DNA of 62,807 nt, counting the filler, from Sanchytrium tribonematis (lineage: Eukaryota), in the NCBI GenBank assembly GCA_018985235.1. It is 14 parts of 14 records of this genome, joined end to end, with 100 filler letters (N's around TTAATTAATTAA, not from the genome) between each part and the next. Parts side by side here need not be neighbours in the genome. Positions count along the whole stretch, not along the records: positions 1 to 18,534 come from JADGIG010000111.1; 13 more parts are not named here. One strand, written 5' to 3'. Position numbers and translations under genes: made by a program. How positions within the stretch are numbered: the first letter of the stretch is position 1; the number at the start of each line of letters is the position of its first letter. The notes beneath the pieces are model-generated. The model saw nothing but the letters and a program-made list of their open reading frames with translations. It did no database searches and was not told where the DNA came from. Positions 1 through 11,178 of the stretch are shown in pieces.

Positions 1-2
1 CA

Positions 3-401
3 AATGGGAGATTAGAAATAGATGGGATAGATGGGAAACAAATATTTATTCGGAAAAGTAAAGAGACGATTGAGGGATTGGCTAATTCATTTGAAGTTGG
101 AATGACGATGCAAGAATTGATTGTGGCATATAAAGACACATTAAATCAACAATTGAGACAGGTGTATCGAGATGCATTGAATATTGTATCACAAGAGAAT
201 ATCATGACAGAGAGTCAATTAACAACCATGAAAATGGATCTAGAGAATGCCAATACACTTAATGTTGCATTGACAGCATCCTATTTAATTATTCGATTAA
301 AGCAATATGCGATTCAATATGAAAATTCAGAATTGTGTATTAATGCCATTAAATTATTGGGTGATTATTATAGAATTGATGCAGAATTGAAGATATTGTA
401 A
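3..401 (+). CDS. 5'-truncated member of a tandem family of secreted helical proteins (paralogue of the genes at 546 and 1647)
   Basis: The frame is open from the window start. NGRLEIDGIDGKQIFIRK aligns with NGKLEIQTSSNTVTFRRK of the 1647 ORF. Confidence 0.6.
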   Translation, partial: NGRLEIDGIDGKQIFIRKSKETIEGLANSFEVGMTMQELIVAYKDTLNQQLRQVYRDALNIVSQENIMTESQLTTMKMDLENANTLNVALTASYLIIRLKQYAIQYENSELCINAIKLLGDYYRIDAELKIL

Positions 402-545
402 ATAAAATTTATGGCGTCATATTCTTTATCACATTATCATCACATGGTCTTATCGTACTTTTTAATTGGCTGATGACACCATTTTCAAATCACGCATCAC
501 TCACATGATTGAATAAAAACATGGCAATTGCCATCCATGACATCA

Positions 546-1459
546 TGTTGATTGCCAATGTATTTGCCATTCCAACCGGTAGATCAGCCAATCCTTTGTC
601 TGCATTTGCGGGCCCTGATTTTATTGGAAAAAGTACTGGATATAGAACTACAACGTCAAATCCATTTAACAACATTCCTCGAATGACAGCATCCGATGAC
701 CCACATAGACTGACTTTCATTCCACGTTTTAGAACAAGTGATGACGAATATACGGAGCGTTTTAGAAAAGGTCAATCACTTGAAAGTAATGTGTATAAAA
801 TGTATTATGACGAGGAAGATGCGGATTTGGTAGTTATGAACCAAAAGATTTCAGAATTAGCAAATAGCATAAATATCAATCTGAATTTAGTAGGCGCAGC
901 TTATGAAGAGTTGAATGGAATGATAAAGAAAACTGAAAATGAACTTGATCCTGCTAAAAAGACGATGAAGGCATTGGAGTTGGAAGAATTTTGTGAAAAA
1001 CTGATTCCAATCTTGATTGAATTAAATGTGCCAGAATCTGCAGAATTCAAGTCGAAAATTATAAAACTGCAAGAAAAGTACTATCAATTGGCATTAGATG
1101 GTATTTTGATTGTAGTGGGACCATTGGAATTTTACACGTTTAAAAAAACTCGCCCTGCAGTTAAACCTGATCGATCCAATGAGTTGGATAAACAATTGAG
1201 TGATTTGTCAATCAAAGTATCTCGATTGGCGTGGGAATCAAAAGCCATTTCAAGAATAGAACTTATTCAAATGAAATTGACTTTTAATGAAAAACAAAAT
1301 AGAACAGTGCGTGATATTGTATTTTTCATAACAAATTTAAAAGCCAAATGTGAGAGATATGCAAATGAGACTGGTGATGCTGATTTGTTGGGCGAATTGG
1401 AGAATGTTATTGCTGAAATGCAACAAAATTCAGTTTCGAGAAGAAGAAAATTTCAATAA
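546..1459 (+). CDS. Putative secreted helical protein, tandem family
   Basis: Short signal-like start MLIANVFAIP. Shares P(A)xKxxxALELxExC, LIxLxVxES and SNELDKxLSDL with the next ORF. An upstream ATG at 521 is also possible. Confidence 0.7.
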
Positions 1460-1646
1460 ATCTCACGATGCACTATATCTTGCAATCTAGCACAAAGTAA
1501 ATGATGGCGTCATATTTTACTGATTGCATCGATAGGGAAAGTCACATTATCATCACATGGTCAAATTAGAGTATTTCATTGGTTGATGACATCATTTTGA
1601 GGTCACATCTACTTCACATGACACTATAAATCTATGGGATGTACCA

Positions 1647-2597
1647 ATGGACATCATGTTGATTGCCATTGTATTTGCCATTCCTGTGCATAATATAGGA
1701 AGTCCATCTGCAGCATTTGCAGCATCTGCAGCATTTGTTGACATGCACCCATTTATTGGTTATGGGCAACTTAGGTCAATGAGAGCAGCTAGATTTGATC
1801 CAACAGAAGGAACCAACCGGGCAGACTCCCTAAAAATCTCACCTGAATTAAACACTATTGTACATAGATTGAAACTAGGTGGACCATATCCAGATATGTA
1901 TCAAAAAAAAGGTGTTGTTAACCTTGACATCGTCATTGGGAATTCACAGTTAATAGATCTACAAAGAATCATTCGATTTGTTGTTACACAATTTGCTAGA
2001 CAGCTTTCTCACATTCTAGAAAGACTATACAAAATGGATTTTGTAAAATTAAATGAAAAGATTGAGAGATATGGGAGTGAATCAAATCCTGCAGTTAAAG
2101 CTAAATTGGCACTAGAGTTGGGAGAAACTTGCAAACTAATTGCTTCAAGTTTGATTGACTTGAAAGTGACCGAATCTTTGAATTTGAAAGGCGCCATTGA
2201 CCATCTGAATACTGAATTTGATAAAATTGCATTAAATGGAAAACTGGAGATTCAAACAAGTTCCAATACTGTTACGTTTCGAAGAAAGTTGCAAATGCAC
2301 CAATTAAAATCCTCGAATGAATTGGACAAAAACTTAAGTGACTTATTTGTTGAATCTTTCAATATGGCTTGGGAAAACGAGGTGCTTTTGAAGCAGCAGT
2401 TGCGTGACTTGAGGTCAGAAACTAATAATGAAAGAACAGTTCATAAAATTAGCTTTGAGTTGGTAGAGTTGTTGCGTAAGTGTCAGAATCGTGCTATAAA
2501 TACACAAGATACTGAATTAACAAACAAAATAACTGAAATATATGGGAAATATAAAGCAAATACGAAAGAGAGAATTGAAGACATATTAAATAAATAG
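1647..2597 (+). CDS. Putative secreted helical protein, tandem family
   Basis: 316-aa ORF starting MDIMLIAIVFAIP, paralogous to 546..1459. Confidence 0.7.
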   Translation: MDIMLIAIVFAIPVHNIGSPSAAFAASAAFVDMHPFIGYGQLRSMRAARFDPTEGTNRADSLKISPELNTIVHRLKLGGPYPDMYQKKGVVNLDIVIGNSQLIDLQRIIRFVVTQFARQLSHILERLYKMDFVKLNEKIERYGSESNPAVKAKLALELGETCKLIASSLIDLKVTESLNLKGAIDHLNTEFDKIALNGKLEIQTSSNTVTFRRKLQMHQLKSSNELDKNLSDLFVESFNMAWENEVLLKQQLRDLRSETNNERTVHKISFELVELLRKCQNRAINTQDTELTNKITEIYGKYKANTKERIEDILNK

Positions 2598-2825
2598 TCA
2601 AAATTATTTTTCATAATTCAGAGCAATTTAGCACAAAATAACAAGAATGGGGTTCATTACAAAACGCAAGTGCCTTTGGCTAGAATTTAATTGGATAATA
2701 AATGACTTTGGATTCCAATCAATCAACTCATTTAAAAATATACCAATCACAACGAGGTGTAAATGACTTTTGCAAGAAATACCAAGTAAATTGATTATAA
2801 ATACAAACACCCAGACACAAGTGAC

Positions 2826-4649
2826 ATGTTACTATTGTTGCTTCTTCAAATATTACTTGCGACAAATGGCGATTCTCACAATGGAGGAGATTCACATCCA
2901 CAACAGCAACAAGGAAATGGAAATGGAAATGGAGGAAAAGATCAAGGTAATAAACCTGATAATGATAAAGGAAAACCAGAAGGGAAACCAGAAGGAAAAC
3001 CAGAAGGGAAACCAGAAGAACATGGAAAAGATGATAAAGGAAAAGATAAAGATGGAAAAGGAACCAATGGCGCACCTCAAAATGGAGATGGAAAGGGACC
3101 TAATGGAAGTCCGCCAAATGGAGGAGATCATGGACCACCAGCACCAGGAAATGGAGACAGTCATGGACCACCAGCACCAGGTGGAGACGATAAAAATAAA
3201 GGATCCGGGGATAAAGATAAAGACAAAGGATCTGGATCTGGGTCTGGAGATAAAGGAGGTTCTGGATATGGAGGAGATAGCCATGGCTCTTCATCACCCA
3301 GTGGCGGCAAAAGTGGAGATAATCACGGATCTCCTTCTCCAAGTGGAGGCGATAAAGGCGGCGATCACGGATCTCCTTCTCCAAGTGGAGGAGATAAAGG
3401 TGGCGACAAGGGCGGAGACAAGGGTGGCGATAAAGGCGGAGACAAGGGTGGCGATAAAGGCGGCTACAAAGGCGGTCCACCAAATTCACCAGCACCATCC
3501 GGAGGCGATACTAATAAAACTCAAGGACCCCCACCAGCAGCACCAGGTGGAGATAATAAAGGCGGTGACAAAGGTGGCTCACCAGCACCAGGTGGAGATA
3601 ATAAAGGTGGAGATAAAGGTGGCTCACCCGCACCAGGCGCACCTAGTGGAGGAGATAAAGGCTCCCCGGCACCAAGTGGGGGCGATAAAGGAAAAGGAGG
3701 ATCTCCTCCAGCATCTACTCCATCAGGGGGATCAGGAACACCAGCAGGACCAGCAGGAGGTGAAGAAATACCTTGTCCAGATGAACCTGGTGCAGCAGCA
3801 CCCGCAGCACCTGCTGCTCCGGCAACACCTGCAGGAGGAGATGATCCTTGTCCAGATGATGCACCAGCAGCACCAGCAGCACCAGCAGGTGGCGATGATC
3901 CATGTCCAGATGATGCACCAGCAGCTCCTGCAGCTCCAGCGGGAGGAGAAGACGATCCATGTCCTGATGAAACTCCTGCGGCAGCACCGGCAGCACCAGC
4001 AGCACCAGCAGCACCAGCAGCCGGAGATGATTTACCATGTCCACCAGTTGGTCAACCAAGTAGTCCAGCACCAGCAGCCGGATCCAATCCACCTGCAGCA
4101 CCAGTGGGACCTGCTCCAGCTGCGCCATTACCTGCAGGTGGTCAGACTCCCCCAGCACCAGTTGCACCAGCACCGGGTGGATATAAAGCTGGTCCATCTG
4201 CACCAGCTGCACCAGTGGCTCCAGTAGCACCAGTTTCAACTTTGACCCCTGCAGTTCCCGCTCCAGCAGATGCAGCACCTGCAGCACCAGTAGCACCAGC
4301 AGACCCTGCCCCGGCACCAACTGCACCATTACCAGTAGGAGGAATAGCGCCTCCAACAACAGACCCTTTACCACCTACAAAATCAGAACCTGAGCCAGAA
4401 CCAAAAGTGGAACCTGTTCCTGAAAATGAACCAGAACCAGTTACTTCTCCATCTGCTGCAGATCTACCACCACCAGATGTTGCACCAGATGCTTTAACAC
4501 CAGATACACCATCACCAATAGCAGCAGCAGATACACCAATGCAATCTGCAGATGCACAGCCCGTTCCTGGTGATTTATATGGAAGTGGTACGATGATACA
4601 GTCAACTACAACTTTGTTAGGAATAATGGCAATGATGATTATTTATTAA
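2826..4649 (+). CDS. Gly/Pro/Ala-rich repetitive surface protein, probably GPI-anchored
   Basis: Signal peptide MLLLLLLQILLA, GGDK repeats, DDPCPDD/APAAP repeats and a hydrophobic C-terminus (LLGIMAMMIIY). Confidence 0.8.
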   Translation: MLLLLLLQILLATNGDSHNGGDSHPQQQQGNGNGNGGKDQGNKPDNDKGKPEGKPEGKPEGKPEEHGKDDKGKDKDGKGTNGAPQNGDGKGPNGSPPNGGDHGPPAPGNGDSHGPPAPGGDDKNKGSGDKDKDKGSGSGSGDKGGSGYGGDSHGSSSPSGGKSGDNHGSPSPSGGDKGGDHGSPSPSGGDKGGDKGGDKGGDKGGDKGGDKGGYKGGPPNSPAPSGGDTNKTQGPPPAAPGGDNKGGDKGGSPAPGGDNKGGDKGGSPAPGAPSGGDKGSPAPSGGDKGKGGSPPASTPSGGSGTPAGPAGGEEIPCPDEPGAAAPAAPAAPATPAGGDDPCPDDAPAAPAAPAGGDDPCPDDAPAAPAAPAGGEDDPCPDETPAAAPAAPAAPAAPAAGDDLPCPPVGQPSSPAPAAGSNPPAAPVGPAPAAPLPAGGQTPPAPVAPAPGGYKAGPSAPAAPVAPVAPVSTLTPAVPAPADAAPAAPVAPADPAPAPTAPLPVGGIAPPTTDPLPPTKSEPEPEPKVEPVPENEPEPVTSPSAADLPPPDVAPDALTPDTPSPIAAADTPMQSADAQPVPGDLYGSGTMIQSTTTLLGIMAMMIIY

Positions 4650-4929
4650 GTAAATAAATGCAAATTTTATTCAACTTTAAAAATTTGGCAGTTTCATTTT
4701 CATGAAAAGCCTTTGCAAATTTTATAAATTTTAAATTAAATGACTTGGTATGCAATCAATTTGCTTATAATTGGGAGAGTCATAGGTCCCAAAGGATTTA
4801 ATATTTCTTTGATGAATTTGTAGCCAATCAAATTTACCAAGTCGCTTTGCCGGCACGCAAATCCTTCATATTGCAATCCAAAGTACCAAGGACGTCACAT
4901 AAAAGCATGCAATACCCATTATATTGTCA

Positions 4930-5379
4930 ATGATCTTTATCACCAACTTGTTAGCTATAGCGTCACCTTCATACGATTCAAAAGCACCTGCTGACAAATA
5001 TGTAGCACCAGCACCCGCAAAGGTTACTCCTCCAACGCCACCCCCACCAGCACCAGTACCTACTCCAGCAGGATATGATGCACACAAAGAAGTGAAACCA
5101 CCAGCTATTCCAAGTTTGCCAACGCCTCCAAAGCTTCCTGAAGTACCAAAAGAAATGCCTAAAGTGGAAGAACATGCCAAGTATGACACCAAAGCACCTG
5201 TTGCACCTACTGTACCAACTCTGCCTGATGTACCAGCAACATTGCCAGATAGTTCAGTGAAACCAGAATACTCAGAACCACTTCCAATTGAGACACACGC
5301 TCTTGACCACAATGCGTACTCTAGTGCAAACATCTTAAATGCTAATCTGTTGTTATCTGTCTTGTTTTTATTCAAGTAA
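4930..5379 (+). CDS. Small Pro-rich secreted or GPI-anchored protein
   Basis: Signal MIFITNLLAIA, Pro-rich body and hydrophobic C-terminus NLLLSVLFLFK. Confidence 0.7.
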   Translation: MIFITNLLAIASPSYDSKAPADKYVAPAPAKVTPPTPPPPAPVPTPAGYDAHKEVKPPAIPSLPTPPKLPEVPKEMPKVEEHAKYDTKAPVAPTVPTLPDVPATLPDSSVKPEYSEPLPIETHALDHNAYSSANILNANLLLSVLFLFK

Positions 5380-5392
5380 ATTCAAATTGTGT

Positions 5393-6208
<816 letters not shown>

Positions 6209-7458
6209 TTATTTTGCTGTTTGTTGATTTAATACATGACGAATATGCTCAATAGATGGTCTACTAGTTGAATCTTTCATCAAACATGATTTAACCAAAT
6301 TGTAAATGTGTGGATTATTTTCTACTTTATTTCACATAAATGGTCTTCCACAGGGTTGGTCCCAGTTAATGTCATCCAATATATACTCTGTTCTACAATG
6401 CCATGGAATTTCTATGCTAAATATCTCACCCATTAGCATTCCCAGTCTAAAAATATTTGCAGCCGTTTTGCCCTCAAAATCCATAATTTGAGAACAATTA
6501 GATGATTTACACTCTGGTGCCATATATGCTGATGATTCGGATTCTTTAATCCCTTGATTAATAATACAATGGCCCATATCCACTATTTTCAAATTCCAAT
6601 TAAAATCAAACATGACACTATTACTGCAAATATTGGAGTGTATGTAACAATTTAAATGTAAATACTGTATGGCGCTAGTGATATATAATGACATCTGCAA
6701 TAAACTTGTAAAATTTAGTCGATTCTCGTGGTTTTGAGGATCAGAAAGATGAAGCAAATAAAATAAGGAATGTTGATAATACTGAGAAACAAATGCCAAT
6801 TTGGAATCAATAAATGTATAGGCAAGACATTTAGATATATTAGGGTGCTCTAATTTTATTAAATTATTAAATTCAGAACAAAATTTTGAATTATTGAATA
6901 CTTTGATATTCACTGACTTATTTTGATATAAACCAAGATATGAAATATAAGATTTGGCAGATTCTAATTTATATGAAAATATTTGTAATTTTGATTCATT
7001 TACTAAATAATTAGTTCATTTAGTAATAAATTCAAATGTAATCCAAGCTGTATCATTAGTAAGTCGAGTTGGATATTAAATTGATGAAAATGTGCTTCAA
7101 AATGATTTGGATGATGTAGAAATATGCGTGATCTTGGAATATTTAAAAATGAAACATATTTTCGAAATTGTGGTGAATTTGACTGTATTTCAATGTGTAT
7201 CTTCCATTCAATATGAAGATGTGCTTTAAAATCTTCAATGAATGCCTTCAAATCATCTAAAATGCCTGGTTTGATGTGGTATTTTACAGATTTTATTGAT
7301 TTTGATAAATTTGACATTTTTCTGCCCAAAAGACGCCCTTTAATATTTCGAGTATTGATGCTATTAAGATGTTGAATAAATGATACGAATAGATTGAGAT
7401 GCTGGATGATATATTTAGTATTAGAAATGGAATATTTGGATAAAATTAAGTCAAACAT
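6209..7458 (-). pseudogene. MLKL-like helical N-domain plus TKL-type pseudokinase, disrupted
   Basis: Helical N-domain at 7003..7458, then a kinase in another frame (HSNICSNS in place of HRD, DMG in place of DFG). An in-frame TGA at 6332-6334 is followed by subdomain XI (LVKSCLMKDSTSRPSIEHI). Confidence 0.55.
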
Positions 7459-7682
7459 GTTTCATTTATAAAATTGAGAAATGCTAATGAAAATGAGTCT
7501 AATCTAAGTTAATAGAGCTAAACAGTCGTCACAAGTCAAAAGGGAAACAGGGTATCGTGATATACTTGGGTTTACTGTACTTGAACCAATAGAAAGTGCT
7601 TGGTTTTTAATGTCAAAAGTCTAGCAACCAATCAAAAATAGTTTTTCATTGCGATTTAACAGTCATAAAGAGACGCACCTAC

Positions 7683-8045
7683 ATGGCCATAATGAACAAC
7701 TTAATCAAATGTAAGTGGGCCTATTGCTCTTTTGAAGCAGAGAATCTCAAATCTTTATACAATCATGCAAAACAACAACATTTGACTGACTATTTACAAG
7801 TCACATGCTATTGGGATAACTGCAATATCAATGCAGTGTGTATGGCTCGTCTAAAAACACATATACTTACCCATATTCCATATCGTGCCCACAAATGCGA
7901 AACATGCCCTAAATCTTTCAAGAGATTACAGGAACTGAATCGCCATATCAAAGTCAAACATCCGGATCTACTTAGTCCCGTCAGTATGTCCTCTAGAAAA
8001 TCATCCTATCCACCTAAAATGTCTGTGGATTTTATAATTCATTAA
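7683..8045 (+). CDS. C2H2 zinc-finger protein (three fingers)
   Basis: Fingers CKWAYC..H..QH, CYWDNC..HILTH and HKCETCPKSFKRLQELNRHIKVKH. Confidence 0.9.
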   Translation: MAIMNNLIKCKWAYCSFEAENLKSLYNHAKQQHLTDYLQVTCYWDNCNINAVCMARLKTHILTHIPYRAHKCETCPKSFKRLQELNRHIKVKHPDLLSPVSMSSRKSSYPPKMSVDFIIH

Positions 8046-8060
8046 TAAACTAAATTAAAT

Positions 8061-8282
8061 TTACTGATAATACAACTCAAATTCAAACCCATCTGTGATT
8101 TCATATGTCTCTAAATCGATATGGTCTTTGAATATTGAATTGCCTTTCTTCAAAACTAGTTTATCTGCTGGTGTGCCAATATGCAGTGAAATCAGCAATT
8201 TCAATTCTTTGATAGTGTCATGCACATCACACTTTACCCGACATCGTTTTCCTAATCTGTCATTGCAAGTAATTTCTATCAT
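8061..8282 (-). CDS. HUB1: Ubiquitin-like protein Hub1/UBL5 (spliceosome-associated)
   Basis: [18 protein letters not shown] ... ELYYQ, 73 aa. Confidence 0.96.
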   Translation of the reverse strand: MIEITCNDRLGKRCRVKCDVHDTIKELKLLISLHIGTPADKLVLKKGNSIFKDHIDLETYEITDGFEFELYYQ

Positions 8283-8307
8283 TCTGTTTGCAAATATTCC
8301 CCTTGAA

Positions 8308-8577
8308 ATGAAATTTGATTTGACCCAACTTTCTCAAAATATCTCTAAAATGCCAAATGATGCAAAAATATCATTTGATTCATACGGCAATGCATATATG
8401 GATGATCAGGGTGCTGATAAAGATGAGATTATGCGTAAATTAAGCAAATTGATGGAAGATTGTGAAAATTGTAATGAAATACCCGTGGAAATCGAAGTCA
8501 ATTCCGATCAAATAAGTAAACAAGCAAAAGAATCATATAATGATACTGTTATGGCACAAATTATGGCGAGAAAGTAA
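8308..8577 (+). CDS. Hypothetical protein (~89 aa)
   Basis: The ATG follows a CCCCTTGAA motif and the composition looks coding. The ORF track's upstream extension overlaps HUB1 and is rejected. Confidence 0.55.
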   Translation: MKFDLTQLSQNISKMPNDAKISFDSYGNAYMDDQGADKDEIMRKLSKLMEDCENCNEIPVEIEVNSDQISKQAKESYNDTVMAQIMARK

Positions 8578-8660
8578 ATTGACTCGATTATTTCAACTAT
8601 TTGGCTGCAAAAAGTAATGAAGAGATTTCTGTACAATAATACAATTTAATTCTTAATCAT

Positions 8661-9906
8661 TTATTGAACATGCGCCATCATAATTGTCAATAATACAATA
8701 ATAGATCCAAATTTCTCAGAATTTGAGGTTGTTTCTAAGTAAGTGAGAATGACGTGTTGCAGACATTTCTTGTGTTTTTGAGACAAACAAAGTGACGGAT
8801 GGTGTTGTGCTAGTATCCATTGGCACATAAGCAGTTAGACTATCATTTGAATACACTTTTGTAGAGATGAACACAGATGGGCTAGTCGAATTCAATGCTT
8901 CAATCTCAGTAGTATTTGTGGCGTATTTAAATTTGTAATACTCAGCAACTGAATCTGGATCTGACAAATTATACAAGTGGTCCTGCTTGCACATGGTCAA
9001 AAGTGTCAAATTGGTGTATCCTAGCATGGGATTTTCTGACAAATCACAATTTGATAAATATTGCGTATTTTGAATTACAATCCCAGTAATCAAATTTGAA
9101 TTTAATACAACTTCTAATGGTTTACCTGTGATGGTATACTCTCCACTAATCAAGTTATCCCACGCTTTGATGACTGAAATACGGAATGTTGAATTTGAAA
9201 ACGCGCTCAATTTGTTTGAATAAATCTCTAAACTGGTCAAATATGGTGTCAAATTGGGTACAATACCACACAATTGATTGTTTCCTAATGCCAATGTCTC
9301 TAAACTTGATGGAAATGGTGGAATTTGACCAGAAAACAGATTATTTTTAAAATTGCCTTCTACTAAGAACGTTGGAAAGACAAGTTCGCCAGATAACAGG
9401 TTATTCATCATATACAATCCTCTTAATTTAGATGGCATAGATGGAAGTGTCCCATTGATTTGGTTATATGAGATATCCACTGCAATTAAAGACTTTCCAA
9501 AATTTGGAAGATTCCCCGTGAATCGATTTCGACTCACTTGCAACATACTAAATGAGATAGATAGATAAGGAAGTGGACCACTCAGCATATTATTTTGAGC
9601 AAATAATGTTTGAAATTTAGATGGCATTTGTGGTAAATTTCCAGTCACAAAATTATCAGAAATATCCAACGTATTCAACATATCCAATAAAAGCAATGCA
9701 GGACCATTTAATGAACCAGTCAAGTTCATGTTAAACCAGTAAATAGCAGTGACACGTAATGTCGGTGAACAAGAAACAAGCGCATTTGAACAACAATCTG
9801 TTTGAATTTGCGTGTAAATCATTGGCTGCGCTATTTCCATTCCCAAATCACTAGCAAGTGTAATCACATTCGGACAGTCTCTGCTAATCATTGAAAAGAA
9901 AGTCAA
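8661..9906 (-). CDS. LRR surface protein with GPI-like tail (intron 8735..8753; start codon uncertain)
   Basis: DC..CC..C N-cap, LxLxxNxLxG repeats and an S/T stalk. Splicing gives ATQTTSNSEKFGSIIVLLTIMMAHVQ*. No in-frame ATG precedes the hydrophobic signal segment. Confidence 0.7.
8735..8753 (-). other. 19-nt GT-AG intron
   Basis: GTCATTCTCACTTACTTAG; removal joins the ORF to a hydrophobic C-terminal exon. Confidence 0.7.
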
Positions 9907-10223
9907 TAAAAGAAGCAGCGAGTTTGAAAAGGTGGCTCAAATTACCCATTCTTTGTAATTTTTAAATTACAATGTATTCACATAATATTCGTGACTATGT
10001 CATGTCGTGTCATGTCACGGGGGTCACGATAGTCCATTTAACCCTAGTTCATTTGCAAACACTTGCAATCGAATTGCAAGCAAACTGCGTGCAGATATTC
10101 CTGCGACGCCCCTTGATTGGTGTCGCCAAGCAGAATTACAAGCAGATTGCATCGACCATATTCTGTGATTCGCCATCTCATTTATTGTAACATTTAAAAA
10201 GAAACAAATGTATTTACCCTAGT

Positions 10224-11168
10224 ATGTTGTTTACTACAGTTTTACTAACATTGGTTTCAGCTCAAAAACCTCGTAAATGTGTTCGAGACACAAATAGAAA
10301 CCCATCACAAGGTGGAGAACATGGTCATCCATCTCCACGACAACCAGTGGCCCCGCATCACTCTCAAGAACCTGAGCCAACTGCAGAACCAGAACCAACT
10401 GCAGAACCTGAGCCATCTCATGCGCCATCTCATAGTAAACCACCAGCTGCATCTCCATCACCATCTGACAACTCTACAGGTGCACCAGTGTACTCTGCAG
10501 ATTCCATTTGTTCCGATAAATCATTATTATATTGTGATGATTTCTCAGCCGATATTCAAAGAACTACTGACAAAAAAGTGGTAATTGAAGATGGAAAGAT
10601 GATTATTGCCAAGAACAATACTTGGAAAGGATTCGTATATGGTGAATTCGAACCAGCACCTGTCATTTACGCAAGAGCCATGGTTAAAACCGATATGCTT
10701 CCAACTTCACCAGATTGGGTCCATTTCTCATTAATGGAATTTACAGATGAAAATGAAGAATATTTAGTGCGTCCAATTGGTGGACAAGTGATTCCTGGCA
10801 AGGGAAATGAGCCATTAATGGGAATTGGAAATAACAAGGGAACCACTGGAGATTGGTTAAATTGGCATGAAAATACGAAATTCCCAATGAACAAATATGT
10901 TTGTTATGAATTTGTGATGGATAGTACTGCTACCGGGGATGAGGCTGTGATTCAAGTGTGGTTGGATGGAAAAGAAATTCCTGAATTAAAATTGACGCAA
11001 TCCAATTGGGGAGAGCAAAATAGTGAAAAATCAGGATTATTTACATTGCCTAAATTGAGTAGAGCCAAATTCGGTTACCAATTGTATCAGCATTCGCCTG
11101 TGACTGCTAGAGTCGAATATGATGACGTGGCAGTTGGAACCAAAAGAATTGGATGTCCAAAGAAATAA
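10224..11168 (+). CDS. Secreted protein with a Pro/Ser linker and a Cip1-like / ConA-lectin-fold domain
   Basis: Signal peptide, EPEPTA repeats, and LYCDDF ... YVCYEF ... VWLDG ... YDDVAVGTKRIGC. Confidence 0.65.
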   Translation: MLFTTVLLTLVSAQKPRKCVRDTNRNPSQGGEHGHPSPRQPVAPHHSQEPEPTAEPEPTAEPEPSHAPSHSKPPAASPSPSDNSTGAPVYSADSICSDKSLLYCDDFSADIQRTTDKKVVIEDGKMIIAKNNTWKGFVYGEFEPAPVIYARAMVKTDMLPTSPDWVHFSLMEFTDENEEYLVRPIGGQVIPGKGNEPLMGIGNNKGTTGDWLNWHENTKFPMNKYVCYEFVMDSTATGDEAVIQVWLDGKEIPELKLTQSNWGEQNSEKSGLFTLPKLSRAKFGYQLYQHSPVTARVEYDDVAVGTKRIGCPKK

Positions 11169-11178
11169 ATGCAATTCA

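Noticed and set aside
2728..4374. Long alternative-frame ORFs (2770..4227 +, 3715..4374 - and others)
   Set aside because: These are shadows of the low-complexity Gly/Pro/Ala repeats of 2826..4649.
6332..6334. In-frame TGA as evidence for an alternative genetic code or selenocysteine
   Set aside because: It is a single case in a gene that also has a frameshift. Conserved genes use TGG for Trp, end normally at TAA/TAG/TGA and have no internal stops once micro-introns are removed.
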